Shown here: positions 18,977 through 28,558 of the stretch, one piece after another
How the letters are laid out: each line of letters begins with the position of its first letter
How positions within the stretch are numbered: position 1 is the stretch's first letter
Source: Eubacteriales bacterium
Lineage (GTDB): Bacteria; Bacillota; Clostridia; Oscillospirales; CAG-272
Assembly: GCA_045538895.1 (NCBI GenBank)
Contig: JAZQEH010000080.1
Span: 13,491-77,490 of the forward strand
Direction: 5' to 3'
Length of the DNA stretch: 64,000 nt
Position numbers and translations under genes: made by a program
Notes under the pieces: model-generated
Seen by the model: the letters and a program-made list of their open reading frames with translations, nothing else
Told to the model about the DNA's origin: nothing
Databases searched by the model: none

Positions 18977-20011
18977 TTATCTCTGAATTCTGCCGTTGCC
19001 GCTGCCTGCGATAAGGTTTTCAACGTCTTCCTTGCCGAATCTTACGAAGTCACCGTAGGTGGTGTGCTTGAGAGCAGACCCGCCGATAGCAAATTCGATA
19101 ACCTTCTGATAATCGCCGCCAAAGTTGCGGAGACCGTAGATAAGAGAACCGCCGAAAGAGTCGCCGCCGCCGATACGGTCAACGATGTTGGTGATAGAGT
19201 ACTTACGGCTCTGGTAGAAGCCGCCGTCACGGATTGCAAGAACACCGGACCAGTTGTTGTGGTCAGCGGATACGCTCTCACGGAGAGATACTGCAAGGCC
19301 CTTAACATTGGGATATGTATCCATAACGAGCTTTGCAAGATCCTTGTACATGTCAACGTTGAGCTTGCCGGAGTCAACACCGGTTTCCATCTCGATACCG
19401 AGGCACTTCTGGCAGTCTTCCTCGTTTGCAATCATGTAGTCGATGTATTTAGCGATTTCGGGCATTACTTCGATAGGCTCCTTGCCCCACTTCCAGAGCT
19501 TCTTGCGGTAGTTAAGGTCGCAAGAAACGGTTACGCCCTTTTCCTTACACTTCTTGAGAGCCTCGATAGTAGCCTCGCAAAGAGATTCGGAAAGTGCGGG
19601 AGTGATACCGGTTACGTGGAACCAGTCAGCACCGTCAAGAATTTCATCCCAGTTGAAGTCGCCGGGCTTAACTGCTGCGATAGCAGTGTTGTCACGGTCG
19701 TAAATTACCTTGGAGGGACGCATGTTGGAGCCGGTCTCGGTGAAGTAAAGACCAAGACGCTTGCCGGTCATCTGGATGGAGCTGGTATCAATGCCGAAAC
19801 GGCGGAGCTCGTTTACAGCCGCCTTACCAAGATCGTTCTTGGGGAGTGCAGTAACAAACTTCGCTTCGTCACCGTATGCACTAACTGCAACAGCAACGTT
19901 AGCCTCTGCACCGCCAAAGGTGCAAACCATGTTGGGTGTCTGGAGAATCATCTCTCTTGCGGGAGGAGTGAGTCTGAGCATAAGCTCGCCGAAAGTAACA
20001 ACCTTTTTCAT
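18977..20011 (-). CDS. kdgK: 2-keto-3-deoxygluconate kinase (PfkB family)
   Basis: FGELMLRL, GGAEANVA, RLGLYF, VIYDR, HVTGITPALS, DLNYRKKLW, ANEED, VDRIGGGDSF. Confidence 0.9.
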   Translation of the reverse strand: MKKVVTFGELMLRLTPPAREMILQTPNMVCTFGGAEANVAVAVSAYGDEAKFVTALPKNDLGKAAVNELRRFGIDTSSIQMTGKRLGLYFTETGSNMRPSKVIYDRDNTAIAAVKPGDFNWDEILDGADWFHVTGITPALSESLCEATIEALKKCKEKGVTVSCDLNYRKKLWKWGKEPIEVMPEIAKYIDYMIANEEDCQKCLGIEMETGVDSGKLNVDMYKDLAKLVMDTYPNVKGLAVSLRESVSADHNNWSGVLAIRDGGFYQSRKYSITNIVDRIGGGDSFGGSLIYGLRNFGGDYQKVIEFAIGGSALKHTTYGDFVRFGKEDVENLIAGSGNGRIQR

Positions 20012-20073
20012 TTTTGTTTACCTCGATAAAATAATTTTTTCGCACGTCCTGCGTGCCATATTTGTACATAATA

Positions 20074-20102
20074 ATTATAGTAAAAAATCCTTGTCAAGTC
20101 AA
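20074..20102 (-). promoter_or_regulatory. sigmaA promoter of the kdgK operon
   Basis: TTGACT-17 bp-TATAAT. Confidence 0.7.
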
Positions 20103-20196
20103 GAAGCGAAAGAATTCTTTCCTTACAAATAACTGAACTTTTGTCCCTCAGGTTTTTGCACACTTTGATGAATTTTTAACAAAGTTTCTTTTTTAC

Positions 20197-20225
20197 TTGC
20201 ATACTTGTCCGATTTATGGTACAAT
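20197..20225 (+). promoter_or_regulatory. sigmaA promoter of deoD-WYL
   Basis: TTGCAT-17 bp-(TGg)TACAAT upstream of the AGGAGG RBS. Confidence 0.65.
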
Positions 20226-20250
20226 AATATAAAAAAAGGAGGATTTCACC

Positions 20251-20955
20251 ATGTCTATACCTACCCCACACATTAATGCTAAAAAAGAAGATTTTGCAAA
20301 AACCGTCCTAATGCCGGGCGACCCGCTCCGTGCAAAATTCATTGCAGAAACCTTTCTTACCGATGCCGTACTCGTCAACAATGTGCGTGGCATCCAAGGT
20401 TATACAGGATACTACAACGGCAAGCGTGTTTCGGTAATGGCAAGCGGCATGGGTATGCCGTCAATCGGAATTTACTCATATGAGCTGTTCAATTTTTATG
20501 ACGTTGACAACATCATACGTATAGGCTCTGCAGGTGCAATTTCCGAAGAACTGAAGCTCCGTGACATCGTTATCGGTATGAGTGCAAGCTATAACAGCAT
20601 TTTCGCAAATCAGTATGACCTCCCCGGCACTTATGCCCCCACCGCAAGCTTTACCCTGCTGAGAAAGGCCGTTGAAGAAGCCGAAAAGCAGGGGCTTAAC
20701 TATAAAGTAGGCAACATCCTCTCAAACGACCTTTTCTACGATGATTCAAAATCAACTCTCAAGTGGCAGAAGATGGGTGTGCTTGCAGTTGAAATGGAGA
20801 GTGCCGCACTCTATATGAATGCTGCACGTGCGGGCAAAAATGCACTCTGCATCTGCACTATTTCCGACTGCGTTTTCAATGACGATGCCTGCACCGCTGA
20901 GGAAAGACAGAACTCCTTTACACAGATGATGAAGCTTGCGTTGGAGATAGCATAA
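20251..20955 (+). CDS. deoD: Purine-nucleoside phosphorylase
   Basis: [51 protein letters not shown]. Confidence 0.95.
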   Translation: MSIPTPHINAKKEDFAKTVLMPGDPLRAKFIAETFLTDAVLVNNVRGIQGYTGYYNGKRVSVMASGMGMPSIGIYSYELFNFYDVDNIIRIGSAGAISEELKLRDIVIGMSASYNSIFANQYDLPGTYAPTASFTLLRKAVEEAEKQGLNYKVGNILSNDLFYDDSKSTLKWQKMGVLAVEMESAALYMNAARAGKNALCICTISDCVFNDDACTAEERQNSFTQMMKLALEIA

Positions 20956-21923
20956 TGGCAAAATCGGAAAATCAAAAGCTGAAACTGCTGTATCTTATTG
21001 ATATTTTTTACGAAGAAACCGACGAAAATCATTCGCTTTCGATGCAGGATATTATTGAAAAGCTCGCCGAAAAAGGCATTTCTGCCGAACGCAAATCGCT
21101 ATACAACGATATAGCGTTGCTCACCGATTACGGCATTGTTATCGACAAGACCTCCGACCACAGATACTACGTTTCGACAAGGGATTACGAGCTTGCCGAG
21201 CTTAAAACTCTGGTTGATATAATTCAGTCTTCACAGTTTCTCACGCTCAAAAAAAGTCAGGCACTTACAAAGAAGCTTTACAGAGAAACAAGCCGTTACG
21301 GAGCAGCCGAGCTTGACCGTCAGGTGCATACCGCTTTTGCGAAAGTACCAAACGAAAAAATCTTTTACACAGTAGACGCAATTCACCGTGCAGTGCGGGA
21401 TAACAGACAAATTGAGTTTTCATATTTCCGCTACAATGCCGACAAGGTGTTAGTTGAAAAGCATGTAAATTACCGCTACGTTGTAAGCCCTATCGCCCTT
21501 GTTTTTGACAACGAAAACTACTATCTTGTTTCATTTAATGAAAATGAAAAAGAAATACGCCACTACCGTGTTGACCGCATGCAAAAGGTTACCGTCACAG
21601 AAAATAGCCGCACCGACTCATCGGAATACGGAAACTTTGACATAAGCCGCTACGAAAACAAAACCTTTGGCATGTTCGGCGGTAACGAAGCGCTTGTCAC
21701 CCTGAATTGCAAAAACGAGGCAGCAGGTGCAATTATTGACCGCTTCGGCGACGAGCCGACATTCATCAAGCACGCAGACGGTACGTTTGACGTAACGGTG
21801 CGTGTGTTTGTAAGCGAGCAGTTTTTCGGATGGGTAACGGGTCTCGGCAGACTTGTAAAAATCAAGTTCCCCGAAAGCATCGCAAACGATTATAAAAACT
21901 TTTTAAGCGAGCTTATAAAATAG
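20955..21923 (+). CDS. WYL domain transcriptional regulator (wHTH-WYL-WCX)
   Basis: KLKLLYL, ERKSLYNDI HTH; VSPIALVFDNENYYLV, YRVDRM; IDRFG, QFFGWV. Confidence 0.9.
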   Translation: MAKSENQKLKLLYLIDIFYEETDENHSLSMQDIIEKLAEKGISAERKSLYNDIALLTDYGIVIDKTSDHRYYVSTRDYELAELKTLVDIIQSSQFLTLKKSQALTKKLYRETSRYGAAELDRQVHTAFAKVPNEKIFYTVDAIHRAVRDNRQIEFSYFRYNADKVLVEKHVNYRYVVSPIALVFDNENYYLVSFNENEKEIRHYRVDRMQKVTVTENSRTDSSEYGNFDISRYENKTFGMFGGNEALVTLNCKNEAAGAIIDRFGDEPTFIKHADGTFDVTVRVFVSEQFFGWVTGLGRLVKIKFPESIANDYKNFLSELIK

Positions 21924-21926
21924 CGA

Positions 21927-21960
21927 CAAAAAGGTTCAGACCACGGTCTGAACCTTTTTG
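21927..21960. terminator. Bidirectional terminator
   Basis: caaaaaggttcagacc-ac-ggtctgaacctttttg. Confidence 0.85.
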
Positions 21961-21963
21961 TCT

Positions 21964-24900
21964 TTATTTAACTCTCATATTTTTAAGTGCAATACGGGTG
22001 AATATTACGCAAGCTTCACTGCGTACAATTTCTTCATCCGGTCGATAAGTACCCTTGCCCGCATCTCCGCTTACAATTCCTGCCTTGTAGAGCTTTGAAA
22101 CTGCATTGTAGCAAGCCATATCGCTTGTCACATCGGGATTTGAGCCTTCACGGGTAGCCTCATATTCACTGCCCGGAAGAATACTTGCAAACACTATCGC
22201 CATATCACCTCTTGTGATATTCTTATTCACATCTGCAAACTGCCCCTCTGTAATGATACCGTTCTGCACGCAATACTCTACGTAAGGAACATACCATGCT
22301 TCACCCAAAGCCGCATTGCGAACGGTCTTATCTGCGTATAAGCTGTGGATATTTGCCGCCGCAGTCAGTGCCTGTGCCACTGTAAAGTTGCCATTGGGAG
22401 AAAACTTTGCGGCAGACGTACCGTTTGCAAGTCCTATCTGATATGCCGTTTCAACATATGACTTAAACCAATGTGTATCACTGACATCGGTGAAGGAACC
22501 TGTATACTGTCTTTTCGCTGCAAACGGATTCTTTGTATAGTCAACCTTTGTAAATCCGCTGATCTTGTTGATTACGGGATTTGGGTTTACTACCTGTGTG
22601 TAGACTCTGTCAGGTGATGACGGGTGTCCCGTGCCCTCGCTGATTACAACACCGTCTTTATCTGCACGGTAAGGCTCAACAAATGCGTATCTGCCACCGT
22701 TTGTGTCTGTGCCGAGATAAGCGTTGTAACAAATCCAGCCTTGTCCCGAAGAATCATCTACGTAAGAAGCCGAGCCGATACCGCAAATTTCATCATTCAT
22801 AGAAAGAATAGGTTCGGAAGATTTTACCCAATTCTTTGCATCAAGCGGGTCACCGCCAAGGAACTTGAGTTGACCGAGCTTGTATTCGGGAGTATTGTAG
22901 CCGCAAGCCGAATATACGATATAGATGCTGCCATCATCGCCGTAAACAGCCGTGCCGCACTCAACGATTGTAAGTGTGGTATGTCTGCCGATTTCCCAAT
23001 CGTATTCAGGGCGGACAAGGATTGTCGACTTACCCTTGATTGTCCATGGGTTTGTCATTTCGATGATATTGATGTTCTGATTCATCTTTCCCTCTTCGCC
23101 CTCAACGGCAACAAAGAGATTATAAACCTTGCCGCCTATACGGATGTCTGTCTGTCCGCCGGACCATCTGTCGTTAAAGCCCTCAAGCTCTACCGACACC
23201 TTTTCTGGTACGTTGACCTCGCCGGTAATGGGATGCCCCCATCGTCCGAGCAGATTGTCGCCGTCAAGACACTTGAGAACGAACATTCTGTGTCCCGTAT
23301 CATTCTCTGTTTCGCCGCCAGAACCGGCAAAATAGAGATACCAGCCTCCATTGCCCTCTCCGACCTCTTCATCAGTATAATGATGAATTTCGGGAGACCA
23401 GCAGCTTTTAGAATATGCTTTACCCTCCTCGGGGAGAAAAACAGTTTTACCGGTTGTATAAATGAGGTCGCCGATATTTGCCGTTTTGGTAAGTCCGATT
23501 CCGGGCTTACCTGTCGTGGATGTGTAATAGTAGAAGCCGTCATGGTAGAAGAGCCACGGGTCTGCACCGTCTTCTCTCACATAGTTTGTAAATGTATATG
23601 TGCCTGTTTCAATTTCGCAAAGGTCAACGGTGCTATTAATAAACGAGGGAACTCCGTCTACATTACCTGAGCCTGTAAATTCGACAAGATGTGCAAAATC
23701 GCCACCCGTAATATGAACATTGTAAACACCTTTGTAGGTGCCGTTTGCACTTGCGGCATAAAGGAACTTGTTATAGAATGTACCGCCGGCAATACCGAGA
23801 TTTACATTACTGTCAAATACCTGCTCCTCTTTTGTAATATTTGCACTCAACACAGAGGCATACATTGTGCCGCCGGTGAACGTTGCGTTTATATCGCCCG
23901 TGTGAGCGGAAGTGCTGCCCAAAACCATGGCATCATAAAACTCGCCGCCCTCAATACGCACATTTACGGTGCAATTGGTTGCATTACCCGAGGTTCCTCC
24001 GCGAAGTCTTCCCCACTTACCGCTTTTAACAGTAACATCTGTGGTTTTATCGCTTATATCGCCAATACCGCCGCCGATTACCGTCATGTACGTCTGACCG
24101 GCAACCCTGTCACATACTATTCCGTCACCCAATACAAGCTTATGACATTCGCCTGCGATTGCCTTGTATTTTGCCTCGGATGACAAATGAATATTATTAA
24201 ACTCGGTTTCACCGCCGCAATGATAATTGTTTCTGAATACAATTTCAGCACCGTTTTCCTTTATATAGTCAACACCGTCATAAAGTGACGTTACAATTAC
24301 CTTTCCGTCATGCTTATACTTATAACCGAGGACTGCCGCCGTGATAGTAACCTTTCCGCAAACTACTATAGTGCCGCCCTCGTTGCCAAGAGCATTGTAT
24401 GCCTCGTCAAAGGAGCTGCCCGCACTTGCAAAGGTGCCTCCGTTACCCGTGCCACCGTCACGGATAAAATAAACTCTGTCTGCAGAGGTATCAAAAAGCC
24501 CCTTTACGTTGCCAAGTGCTTCCGCAGTGATGCCGTCACCAAGAGTTGCTTTGCCGTGTACGTTTGTGCCGATACACTCAAAAGTACCGACTTTTCCGCC
24601 AAGATACTTTAAAACAAGCTTCTTCGAAACGCTGTTAAAGATGACCTTTTCGGCATTTCCGCCATTTACGGTAATATCAAAGATTTCGCCGCCGTTTTCA
24701 CTTGACTTTACGGTTTTTACACTACCGCCGTTAACTTCAATTACTGTGTTATTGCCGCCAACGATTGTTTCAACATCTGCACCGTCAACAATAACTCTTT
24801 TTGCATTTATAACACTGCCCACCGAACCGCTGCGGAGAATTGCGGAGCCTGTAACGTTCAGCTTTTTCTCGGTCTTTACGTCCTTTGCGATTTCCAGAAC

Positions 24901-26241
24901 CCCGTTTTCGGCATTGAATACACCGCTACCGCCAAGCGTAATTCCCGAAAATTCACTTTCACCCGAAAGCGTATACGTACCGTTGAGCGTAAGCGAGATT
25001 GAGGGCGTTTTACCTGTGATAAATACTTTTTCTGCATGTACAGGCTCAACAAAGCTATCTACGGAAATACTGTTCAAAAGCACAACGGTACTGCCCGATT
25101 TTGCCGCAATGTTAAACGCCGCTTCAAAGCTTGCAGGGTCATCAACCGTGTTTCCGCTGCCGCTTGCACCATTTTTTACATATATTTTTGCTATATTCTC
25201 GGTATAGTCAAAGCCTGCCTTAAAAGCTTCAATGTCTTCCGGAGCATAATAGTTTGCATTGTAATACAGGTAAAGAGGCTTATTGGTTTTTTCATTGAGT
25301 GTCGAAACCTCATCGTTTGCATACCATACAGACATTGAACCGATTTTAGTACCGTTAACAGTGATCTTACCGGTACCGATAATATTATTTACGTTGAGAT
25401 TTTTGATTTCGCCACCGTTGAACACGGCATTTGCATCGCCATTCAGACGGCGAGAAAGGTCACCTGCCACGTTACAGTCTTCGATATAGCCGCCGTTAAC
25501 TGTAATGTCAGCACTTGTACTGTACTGATATCTCACAGAGCCGCCGAAGAGATTGGCAATTCTTCCTCCATTTATTGTCATGTAGTGCGTACCGGTAAAA
25601 TAAAGAGGCGTCTTATCAAAGGAATCTCTTGTACCGCCGGCAACGATGTAATAGTCACCGTCTTCAATCGTAACGTGGGAATCCTTTGTAACGTCGGCAT
25701 CGGCTTTAGGTGCCTGATAGCCGCCAAGTACCAGAAGCTGACTGCTCTCACCTGTGAGATTTACGGTTTTAACGCCCTTGCCCATTCTGATATTATTATA
25801 CTGGGCGATAATGTTAAGCGACTTTGAATATTCAATAGTTATATTCTCAAATGCAGTATCACCGTTTAAATAGTAGCGGAGTGCAGAGCCGAAAACAAGC
25901 TTCGCCCCGTTTTCTTTTGCATAGTCGGTTTTGCCGTCATTTGAAGTAAGAATAATAGGATAATCATGTGCCGCTTCTGTCGGAGAAGATTTAAAATGAT
26001 ACTCGTTTGTAAAAACCACAACAAGCGTACCTACTTCTCTGTCCTTACCGTAGTTTACGCCCCATGTCCACGTTTTAAGCGGATTTTGCGGCGAATCTCC
26101 GTTACCCGAAACATCACGTCCCGTTTCGGAATTAACATAAACATACGTGTAATCAGCCTCTTTGGCGCCAACGGAAAACGTCATCGCACACGCAAGCAAA
26201 AGAAGCATTGCTAAAGCTACTGCGTAAAGAATTCTTTTCAT
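21964..26241 (-). CDS. Cell-surface GH43-like glycosidase with three N-terminal beta-solenoid-like modules and C-terminal SLH domains
   Basis: Signal peptide MKRILY; GADPWLFYHDGFYYY, WSPEIH, WYLYFA, NPWT, IVYSA, YKLGQL; SLH motifs FTDV..HWF, FSPNGNFTVAQA, ITRGDMA, YRPDEEIVRSE. Confidence 0.8.
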   Translation of the reverse strand: MKRILYAVALAMLLLLACAMTFSVGAKEADYTYVYVNSETGRDVSGNGDSPQNPLKTWTWGVNYGKDREVGTLVVVFTNEYHFKSSPTEAAHDYPIILTSNDGKTDYAKENGAKLVFGSALRYYLNGDTAFENITIEYSKSLNIIAQYNNIRMGKGVKTVNLTGESSQLLVLGGYQAPKADADVTKDSHVTIEDGDYYIVAGGTRDSFDKTPLYFTGTHYMTINGGRIANLFGGSVRYQYSTSADITVNGGYIEDCNVAGDLSRRLNGDANAVFNGGEIKNLNVNNIIGTGKITVNGTKIGSMSVWYANDEVSTLNEKTNKPLYLYYNANYYAPEDIEAFKAGFDYTENIAKIYVKNGASGSGNTVDDPASFEAAFNIAAKSGSTVVLLNSISVDSFVEPVHAEKVFITGKTPSISLTLNGTYTLSGESEFSGITLGGSGVFNAENGVLEIAKDVKTEKKLNVTGSAILRSGSVGSVINAKRVIVDGADVETIVGGNNTVIEVNGGSVKTVKSSENGGEIFDITVNGGNAEKVIFNSVSKKLVLKYLGGKVGTFECIGTNVHGKATLGDGITAEALGNVKGLFDTSADRVYFIRDGGTGNGGTFASAGSSFDEAYNALGNEGGTIVVCGKVTITAAVLGYKYKHDGKVIVTSLYDGVDYIKENGAEIVFRNNYHCGGETEFNNIHLSSEAKYKAIAGECHKLVLGDGIVCDRVAGQTYMTVIGGGIGDISDKTTDVTVKSGKWGRLRGGTSGNATNCTVNVRIEGGEFYDAMVLGSTSAHTGDINATFTGGTMYASVLSANITKEEQVFDSNVNLGIAGGTFYNKFLYAASANGTYKGVYNVHITGGDFAHLVEFTGSGNVDGVPSFINSTVDLCEIETGTYTFTNYVREDGADPWLFYHDGFYYYTSTTGKPGIGLTKTANIGDLIYTTGKTVFLPEEGKAYSKSCWSPEIHHYTDEEVGEGNGGWYLYFAGSGGETENDTGHRMFVLKCLDGDNLLGRWGHPITGEVNVPEKVSVELEGFNDRWSGGQTDIRIGGKVYNLFVAVEGEEGKMNQNINIIEMTNPWTIKGKSTILVRPEYDWEIGRHTTLTIVECGTAVYGDDGSIYIVYSACGYNTPEYKLGQLKFLGGDPLDAKNWVKSSEPILSMNDEICGIGSASYVDDSSGQGWICYNAYLGTDTNGGRYAFVEPYRADKDGVVISEGTGHPSSPDRVYTQVVNPNPVINKISGFTKVDYTKNPFAAKRQYTGSFTDVSDTHWFKSYVETAYQIGLANGTSAAKFSPNGNFTVAQALTAAANIHSLYADKTVRNAALGEAWYVPYVEYCVQNGIITEGQFADVNKNITRGDMAIVFASILPGSEYEATREGSNPDVTSDMACYNAVSKLYKAGIVSGDAGKGTYRPDEEIVRSEACVIFTRIALKNMRVK

Positions 26242-26280
26242 AACCGTACTCCTTTTAAGCATTCCTGTTTTGTGAGAATA

Positions 26281-27618
26281 TTATATCATATTTTTCCTGA
26301 TTTTTTCAAGAAGCTTATTATAAGGTGCAAGCATGCCCTCGGTCATTGCATTACCCATTTTCGCCTTGATTTTCTTATTTGAAATAAGGGCACCGACAAG
26401 ATACATTTTGATGACAGTTCCCTTTTTCTTCTGCGGAAAATCGTATTGACCGTGTTTCTTATAAAACTTATGGTCGGCTTTCATCATACCTCGCATAAGA
26501 TAGATAAGGTCACGGAATATCTTCATACCACCAACTCCGTAAAACGTCTGCGGAGGCACATACTTGTTTTCAAGTGCGAACATAAGTTTTTTCGCCATAT
26601 CGTCGATGCCCTTTTCATCATTAGCCATGCCGCAAAGATAATTTGAACCGACATCGGCACGTGCGGTAAGAATTGTCTGAAGATTCGGTTCATTTGCGAT
26701 GTCGCCGCTTATGAGATATCCCATCGGCATACCCATTGTCACGGTACGGTGTCCGTTACAAAACTGACGGTCATCGTACATCTTAAATAGTGCGCCCATC
26801 GAATGGTCCTTTACCGTAAAAGCATAAATTATCGCTTCGGCACTCTGAATACTACTACGCAAAAATTCGTCAAAACCATCCTTATATATACATGTTCCGT
26901 CACTTGCACAGTTGAAGCAGCCAAGACATCCTCCCTTAAAAGGATACTCACGGATGTTTACTATGCGGCATTTTCTCGGAAGCACAGCACAGAACCTGTC
27001 TATCATGCTCGCAAGATGCGTATTGCCCTCCTCAACGTCGGTAACGATTACAACATCGCCGCTCTTTTCACCTATAGCTTGCACCGTGCTGATTTCAGGC
27101 AATGAAAACTCCCTTGATATAACGGTAGACGGCTCAAAAATACCGTTTTCCATGGAAAAACACACGTTCTCAAAAAACGCTTTTGCCTCGCGCTGCCCTT
27201 TTTCACAAAGCAAATCGTCCATATCCGCAGAAAGCCCACGGATATATTTCAAGCCGAGGTCATTGCAGTTATCCTCGATATAGCGGTGTGCAGTAACGTC
27301 GTAAAAATGCTTTGATGTGGTTATCTGCGTTGCAAACTTGCCGCAAAGCGAGATACCGCTCGCCTTTAAAAGTTCTATAAATCTATGAAGCTGACAAGGT
27401 GCGATAAAAGTATAAACAGGGTATGCAAAAAGCAAAAGGTCTGCTGCCTTTATCGCCTCCGCTGCCTTTGAAAAATCCTTTTCAAGTTCTTTTATCCGCT
27501 GCCCTGCGTGAAGCACCTCAAAATGGTGTGACGGGTATAAAACCTCTAAATATCTTACCGTCTGAAATGTGATACTGTTTTTGCCCTTTGGGCTTCCGTT
27601 GATTACCAGAATATTCAT
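26281..27618 (-). CDS. Tandem NAD(P)H-dependent FMN reductase / iron-sulfur flavoprotein
   Basis: INGSPKGKNSIT, PVY; second domain with CLGCFNCASDGTC (CX2CX2CX5C) Fe-S motif. Confidence 0.75.
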   Translation of the reverse strand: MNILVINGSPKGKNSITFQTVRYLEVLYPSHHFEVLHAGQRIKELEKDFSKAAEAIKAADLLLFAYPVYTFIAPCQLHRFIELLKASGISLCGKFATQITTSKHFYDVTAHRYIEDNCNDLGLKYIRGLSADMDDLLCEKGQREAKAFFENVCFSMENGIFEPSTVISREFSLPEISTVQAIGEKSGDVVIVTDVEEGNTHLASMIDRFCAVLPRKCRIVNIREYPFKGGCLGCFNCASDGTCIYKDGFDEFLRSSIQSAEAIIYAFTVKDHSMGALFKMYDDRQFCNGHRTVTMGMPMGYLISGDIANEPNLQTILTARADVGSNYLCGMANDEKGIDDMAKKLMFALENKYVPPQTFYGVGGMKIFRDLIYLMRGMMKADHKFYKKHGQYDFPQKKKGTVIKMYLVGALISNKKIKAKMGNAMTEGMLAPYNKLLEKIRKNMI

Positions 27619-27628
27619 TTTTGTTCTC

Positions 27629-28447
27629 CTATTTCAAATGGAATGTACTTCTGTACCTCGGTTCGGTTTTGCTCTTTAAAAAATCTCTCGGGGACTTGCC
27701 GTAATGCTTTTTGAACATTCTCGAAAATGTCATTACATCGCTGTACCCCACCGCAATCGCCGCCTGAGTTGCCGTGTACCCAAGCTCATGCATAAGTCTT
27801 GTGGCACTCGAAAGTCTGCATTCATCAATGTATTCTTTGGGAGTTTTTCCCGTATATTTTTTAAACCTTGCGCCGAAATACGAGCGGTCTAAAAAAAGAC
27901 GTTCTGCAAGGGCTTTAACGCTTATCGAAGCGTATTCTTTTTTTATAATTGCCACCGCAGTTTCCATTGCATCTGTAGACTCGTTTTCATGAACCCCGCA
28001 CGCATAAAGCTTTGAAAAAACCGAAAAAACAAGCGTTGCATATTCATGTGCGGCAAGCTTTTCACCGCCCGAAGCCGCCATACGCATGAACTCCTCCCCT
28101 ATCACATCGCCGTTTATAACGTAGTTCTCTTTAAGCTGCGTAGGCAAGGCAAGGTCGGTTGAAAAGCCTATCCATACATACTCCCACGGCTCCTCTTTGT
28201 CCGCACGGAGCATATGAACCTCATAGGGCTTGATTATAAACACATCGCCCTTTTTTGCGATGTAAACCTCACCGCTCACGGTGTATTCGCCCCTGCCCGA
28301 AAGCACGTATTCCATGATATAATACTGTCGCATTACAGGCCCGTAGGTATACCCTTTTCCACACTGCTGCCTGCCGCCCATAAGCGGAGATATGTGCGGC
28401 ATTGTGTTTGCGGGGTCTATATTAAAATGTATAAAATACGGTTTCAT
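27629..28447 (-). CDS. AraC family transcriptional regulator, divergent from GH31
   Basis: YGPVMRQYYIMEYV, PWEYVWIGF, AVGYSDVMTFSRMFKKHYGKSPR; start after GAGGT. Confidence 0.9.
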   Translation of the reverse strand: MKPYFIHFNIDPANTMPHISPLMGGRQQCGKGYTYGPVMRQYYIMEYVLSGRGEYTVSGEVYIAKKGDVFIIKPYEVHMLRADKEEPWEYVWIGFSTDLALPTQLKENYVINGDVIGEEFMRMAASGGEKLAAHEYATLVFSVFSKLYACGVHENESTDAMETAVAIIKKEYASISVKALAERLFLDRSYFGARFKKYTGKTPKEYIDECRLSSATRLMHELGYTATQAAIAVGYSDVMTFSRMFKKHYGKSPRDFLKSKTEPRYRSTFHLK

Positions 28448-28558
28448 ACACTCACCTCTCAACAAGCATTATAACAAATAAACATAGCAAAATGCAATAG
28501 TAATATTCATGTTTTTGTTCTATACTGTTCTTACAAAACATTTTTTGGAGGGAAAGCA

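Noticed and set aside
9857..20029. Long plus-strand ORFs (462, 323, 303, 397, 288, 355 aa) antisense to the catabolic operon
   Set aside because: They mirror strongly codon-biased real genes and have no recognisable motifs; typical shadow ORFs
20955..21923. WYL gene as a marker of a defence island
   Set aside because: Neighbours are deoD and a glycosidase; no nuclease, helicase or methylase genes
6186..28489. Shared 10-mer aaacatagca in both AraC/GH intergenic regions (6186-6195 and 28480-28489)
   Set aside because: Short and AT-rich, with opposite orientation relative to the regulator/target pair; compatible with chance
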